59,242 nt of DNA, taken from assembly GCA_050486185.1 (NCBI GenBank), contig JBJHCT010000004.1, positions 1-59,242 on the forward strand. Reading direction: 5' to 3'. Of the stretch, positions 55,844-59,242 are shown piece by piece (the first letter of the stretch is position 1; every line of letters starts with the position of its first letter). Position numbers and translations under genes: made by a program. This DNA comes from Candidatus Saccharimonadota bacterium (GTDB lineage: Bacteria; Patescibacteriota; Saccharimonadia; QS-5-54-17). Under the pieces are notes generated by a model. That model was not told where the DNA came from. It saw only the letters and a program-made list of their open reading frames with translations, and made no database searches.

Positions 55844-55938
55844 AGCTTATTAATAAGTGTAGCATAAGCGATTTATGCCTTCAGGGGTGCAAAGCTCGGA
55901 AAAATCAGTTAGAATATGGAATGTCTCAGATGTTTTGA

Positions 55939-56014
55939 GGCGAGATAGCTCAGTTGGTAGAGCAGTGGCCTGAAGAGCCTCGTGTCCTCGGTTCGAATCC
56001 GAGTCTCGCCACCA
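55939..56014 (+). tRNA. tRNA-Phe (anticodon GAA)
   Basis: Acceptor ggcgaga/tctcgcc, D-arm gctc-agttggta-gagc, anticodon loop ctGAAga, T-arm ctcgg-ttcgaat-ccgag, CCA encoded. The anticodon stem has one U:U mismatch. Confidence 0.85.
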
Positions 56015-56058
56015 TTTGAGACTTTTAGCCGAAAGTTGGCTAAAATATATAAAGTTAT

Positions 56059-56134
56059 GCGGGTGTAGCTCAGTTGATAGAGCGCATCCTTGCCAAGGAT
56101 GAGGCCGTGGGTTTGAATCCCATCACCCGCACCA
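56059..56134 (+). tRNA. tRNA-Gly (anticodon GCC)
   Basis: Acceptor gcgggtg/cacccgc, anticodon stem catcc/ggatg with loop ttGCCaa, T-arm gtggg-tttgaat-cccat, CCA encoded. Confidence 0.9.
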
Positions 56135-56237
56135 CACAACTTGACCAACACACACTAACTAACCTATTATCTAAGAATAACCAGTATTTATTTATATACA
56201 TATATACTTTTCTATTAACCAAAGGTAGCAAACACAT

Positions 56238-57062
56238 ATGCCCGACCAAGTACAACTAAGAGGTGGAAGTAGCGCAGATAACGATAACTTCACAGGAGCA
56301 CAACGTGAAGTTACAGTAGATACTACCAACAAGACTCTTAGAGTACATGATGGAGTAACAGCTGGTGGACACCAGCTAGTTCAAGGAACAGCTAGCACAA
56401 GTTCAGATGCTGATACTATCATCCAACGTGATGAATGGGGACGTGCTCAAGTAGCAGATCCAGTCAATGCTACTGATGTAGCGAATAAGCAATGGGTAGA
56501 GGGGCAAATTGGTGGGTCGGTGGCGATGGAGCCACTCGGCGAACCTGTAATCGTCGGTGCTGCAGGCGCATCTTCTATTGAATGGGATGCTATCACACAG
56601 GACTTCGATCATTTAAGAGTTGTGTTTGTTGGTCGCTCTAACCGAGACAGTACTTCTGCAGATGCTACTATCGTACGTCTCAACGGCGACGATGGAACCA
56701 ACTATGACCGAATACTAACGCGAGCCACAGGTACCAGCACCACAACAGCAACTTCAAATGGGTCTAATAATTTATTTGGATCAAGTACCTCTATTCCGTC
56801 GGCACTGAATCCAGCTAATCTTGCTTCACAGCAGACGTTTGATTTCTATGACTACTCACGTACGGCATGGGAGAAGCGAGGATCCGCTAGATCTGGCTTC
56901 AAGAACGGAACTGGCGCCTCTAACGTAATAATGGAACACGTCGAAGGGTACTGGCGCAATACTGCCGCTATAACAAGGATTACGCTTTCGGTAGCTGTGG
57001 GTACTGGGTTTGTAGAAAATACCTATGCTCAACTTTACGGTATACGAGGAGGTACAGTATGA
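56238..57062 (+). CDS. Phage tail-fibre-like protein (Mtd/hyaluronidase-type N-terminal fibre motif), paralog 2
   Basis: 'MPDQVQLRGGSSADNDNFTGAQREVTVDTTNKTLRVHDGVTAGG' is 40/44 identical to the N-terminus of 15352-16107. The two also share 'WGR.QV.DP.N..DVANKQWVEG', 'GRS...S', 'R.N.D.G.NYDR' and C-terminal 'GYWR.TAAI.RIT' blocks. Confidence 0.6.
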   Translation: MPDQVQLRGGSSADNDNFTGAQREVTVDTTNKTLRVHDGVTAGGHQLVQGTASTSSDADTIIQRDEWGRAQVADPVNATDVANKQWVEGQIGGSVAMEPLGEPVIVGAAGASSIEWDAITQDFDHLRVVFVGRSNRDSTSADATIVRLNGDDGTNYDRILTRATGTSTTTATSNGSNNLFGSSTSIPSALNPANLASQQTFDFYDYSRTAWEKRGSARSGFKNGTGASNVIMEHVEGYWRNTAAITRITLSVAVGTGFVENTYAQLYGIRGGTV

Positions 57063-57273
57063 GGTATCCACCCAAACTAAGTACTACCTTCTCGGGCGCT
57101 ACCCAATTAGCAGGGTTTATATCTAGCTATTAGGGTTAATCGACACTCTACCATCATCCAAATTGAGTATTGAGCCACTTAACACTAGAGATGTATTCTA
57201 GCCCCAAAACTACTAAACTGGTATGATTAGTTTTAAGTAAATATAATCAATTTGTAAAAGCGAGATATTAAGT

Positions 57274-58782
57274 ATGAGCCAATCTAATGCCGAAGATGTT
57301 CGAACCGAAAAACTAAAAAAGATAAGTGACCTGCGCTCTCAAGGTAAAAACCCATACAGCGTCTACTCTTTTAATGTCACCCACAAATTAGCTGATCTAA
57401 TTGATGGGTTTGAAGCTAAGCTTAAAGCCGAAGAAGAGGATGAATCTGCTAAGGTTTCTGTTGCCGGTAGAGTTATTTCTAAGAGGTGGATAGGTGGAGT
57501 GGCTTTTATGCAATTAGCCGATGAATCAGGCGTTTTGCAGCTATATTTACGGAAAAGTGATATGGATGAGAGTGAGTTTGACCATATTGGGCAATATATC
57601 GATACCGGAGATATCATTGGCGTGAGTGGACATATGTGTAAAACCAAAACCGGTGAACTATCCATTGCTGTTGAGGGTATGGAGCTGCTTAGCAAATCAC
57701 TGACCGGTCTAGCTAGCAAACACTACTCGGTTAAAGACGTAGAGCTCAAATACCGCAACCGTAGTCTAGATATGGTAGCTAATCATACATCCAAAGAGGT
57801 GCTTAAAAAAAGATTCGTTCTAACTCAAGCTATCCGCCAGTTCATGGTCGATGAAGGTTTCTTGGAGGTAGAGACACCGATTACTCAAGTAACTTATGGA
57901 GGAGCAGAGGCTCGACCGTTTATAACGCACCATCACAAACTAGAGATGGATATGTATTTAAGGGTAGCTCCAGAACAGTATCTCAAGCGCCTGCTTGCCG
58001 GCGGTATGGAGGCAGTCTTTGAAGTGGGCAAAAGCTTTCGTAATGAAGGTATAGATAGAACACACAACCCCGAATTCACCATGCTAGAAGCTTATAAAGC
58101 TTATGAGGATTATGAATACGCTATGGACTTAATGGAGCGGTTAGTCGAATCTGTAGCTAAAGAGGTATTTAATACTACTACTTTTGAATATAGCGGGGAA
58201 AAGATAGACTTTAAGCGGCCTTGGAAGAAAATGCGGCTCAAGGACGCTCTAAAAGAACTAGCCGATATCGATGTTGATTCCATGAATGATGATGAGCTAT
58301 TTGCTAAAGCATCAGAGTCTATAGAGACAGATACGAAACCTCAAAGCAGGGGAGAGGCTATTTTAATACTGTTTGAAGAACACTGCGAACACCAACTCAT
58401 TCAACCCACTCATGTTATAGGCTATCCCAAAGAGTCGACACCGTTTTGCAAGGTTGATCGTAGTGACCCTGAACTGATTGAGCGTTTCGAATCATTTGTA
58501 GCTGGTCAAGAGATTGCCAATGCCTACTCAGAACTCAATGATCCGATTCTGCAACGTGAACTGTTAGAAGAGCAAGTTGAGCGTAAAAAGGCCGGGGCTG
58601 AGGAGACCTGGGGTGAAGTAGACGAGGATTTCCTAGAAGCTATGGAGTTAGGCATGCCACCAGCTGCTGGTATAGGGATAGGTATTGATAGGTTGAGTAT
58701 GATTATGTTAGGCCAAGAAAGTATTCGAGATATCATATATTTTCCTACCATGAAGCCCACCAGTAAGAACAAGCAACCCTAA
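57274..58782 (+). CDS. lysS: Lysine--tRNA ligase, class II
   Basis: OB-fold N-domain 'VSVAGRVISKR'. Class II motifs 'FLEVETPI', 'FRNEGID..HNPEFT.LE' and 'PPAAGIGIGIDRL'. Confidence 0.9.
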   Translation: MSQSNAEDVRTEKLKKISDLRSQGKNPYSVYSFNVTHKLADLIDGFEAKLKAEEEDESAKVSVAGRVISKRWIGGVAFMQLADESGVLQLYLRKSDMDESEFDHIGQYIDTGDIIGVSGHMCKTKTGELSIAVEGMELLSKSLTGLASKHYSVKDVELKYRNRSLDMVANHTSKEVLKKRFVLTQAIRQFMVDEGFLEVETPITQVTYGGAEARPFITHHHKLEMDMYLRVAPEQYLKRLLAGGMEAVFEVGKSFRNEGIDRTHNPEFTMLEAYKAYEDYEYAMDLMERLVESVAKEVFNTTTFEYSGEKIDFKRPWKKMRLKDALKELADIDVDSMNDDELFAKASESIETDTKPQSRGEAILILFEEHCEHQLIQPTHVIGYPKESTPFCKVDRSDPELIERFESFVAGQEIANAYSELNDPILQRELLEEQVERKKAGAEETWGEVDEDFLEAMELGMPPAAGIGIGIDRLSMIMLGQESIRDIIYFPTMKPTSKNKQP

Positions 58783-58857
58783 CCTTAATTGCTATAGTTT
58801 GAAATTTCTTCTAAAATTTAAAAACGTATATAAACTACCGAAAAGAGGAGTAGATCT

Positions 58858-59242
58858 TTGAGCAAAGTAGTACTTAAGGGGGCGAATTACGGTCAAGTAG
58901 AGATACGGCCAGCCGATATTCCTGGCGATAATGTAGTGGCTTTACCTAGTATAAATATAGTACCTCAACCAGCATTGCTAGACGACTGGTCTAACGATAG
59001 CTTGACTCAGGAAGTTAGGTCTTTAGTTTTAGACGGTAGCCTGTCGCTGCTAGTAGGCGCTAATGATGATGCAGTTAGAAAGCTTGATAGTGTAACTTCT
59101 CAAGAAATCTGGTCTTTCTCTGGCCATAGTGGTAGTGTTCATGCGGTTGCCGTTGACTCAAACAGCAATGTCTACTCAGCTAGTGACGACCAAACCGTTC
59201 GCAAGATCGACTCAGACGGTAACCAAGTCTGGAGCTTTACAG
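58858..59242 (+). CDS. Partial CDS (5' part, runs off the window): repeat protein with beta-propeller-like (WD40/PQQ-like) units
   Basis: Not in the track because there is no stop before the window end. TTG start 7 nt after AGAGGAG. Repeated 'D..VRK(L/I)DS.G..(I/V)WSF.GH.G.V.AVAVDSN.NVYSAS' units. Confidence 0.5.
   Translation, partial: MSKVVLKGANYGQVEIRPADIPGDNVVALPSINIVPQPALLDDWSNDSLTQEVRSLVLDGSLSLLVGANDDAVRKLDSVTSQEIWSFSGHSGSVHAVAVDSNSNVYSASDDQTVRKIDSDGNQVWSFT

Noticed and set aside
55909-56259. Three short ORFs (55909-56151 minus, 56070-56255 minus, 56074-56259 plus).
   Set aside because: They are translations across the tRNA-Phe and tRNA-Gly genes and their spacer, and are not credible coding sequences.
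52829-57062. Prophage or phage remnant, suggested by the tail-collar and tail-fibre-like genes next to tRNAs.
   Set aside because: No integrase, terminase, portal, capsid, tape-measure or baseplate genes are present, and the intervening genes are a two-component system and tRNAs. Domesticated stand-alone fibre-like genes are the better description.
57063-57074. T-box-like string upstream of lysS (reverse complement TGGGTGGATACC resembles the T-box core GGGTGGTACC).
   Set aside because: The match is on the minus strand relative to lysS and contains an insertion. It has no specifier-loop or antiterminator context, so it is judged coincidental.
57059-57133. 24-aa ORF (MRYPPKLSTTFSGATQLAGFISSY) whose ATG overlaps the TGA stop of the fibre-like paralog 2.
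   Set aside because: It has no RBS distinct from coding sequence and no counterpart after paralog 1. It is too short to evaluate without comparative data.

Overview
Densely packed, mostly plus-strand bacterial chromosome segment. It reads cleanly with the standard bacterial code; TGA is used as a stop, for example at the end of pyk (14067-14069). Most genes are housekeeping: murA, folD, pyk-pgk-tpiA, pcrA, rsmA, metG, tatD, a cysteine desulfurase, mnmA, alaS, ftsA, ruvX, mltG, obg, uvrA, trhO, uvrC, secG and lysS. There are eight tRNA genes (His, Arg, Lys, Glu, Leu, Val, Phe, Gly), all with an encoded CCA. I saw no rRNA, CRISPR array, transposase or integrase. Shortened versions of normally larger proteins (AlaRS 642 aa, UvrC 477 aa), few biosynthetic genes and several cell-wall remodelling genes suggest a small-genome, possibly epibiotic bacterium of the Patescibacteria/CPR, perhaps Saccharibacteria-like. 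That placement is inference only. Four accessory features stand out. (1) At the extreme left edge sits a three-gene RiPP-like cassette. It starts with a 42-aa ORF that the ORF track missed and that ends in AKGDGW, a streptide-type KxxxW core. A radical SAM/SPASM maturase and a PEP-synthase-like phosphotransferase follow, and tRNA-His bounds the cassette. (2) A single protein fuses a LuxI/FeeM-like GNAT acyltransferase domain to a ThiF/E1-like adenylyltransferase domain. It lies between a receiver-only response regulator and a polytopic histidine kinase, a layout resembling a signal-synthase plus sensor cassette. (3) A family of phage tail-fibre-like proteins occurs without any prophage. Two paralogs share near-identical 5' ends, one splitting the pgk-tpiA pair and one next to tRNA-Gly. 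A tail-collar protein also appears co-transcribed with a second histidine kinase and response regulator. (4) An HTH/LAGLIDADG-like gene is wedged between tRNA-Leu and tRNA-Val. All functional calls come from motif recognition by eye; no database searches were run.
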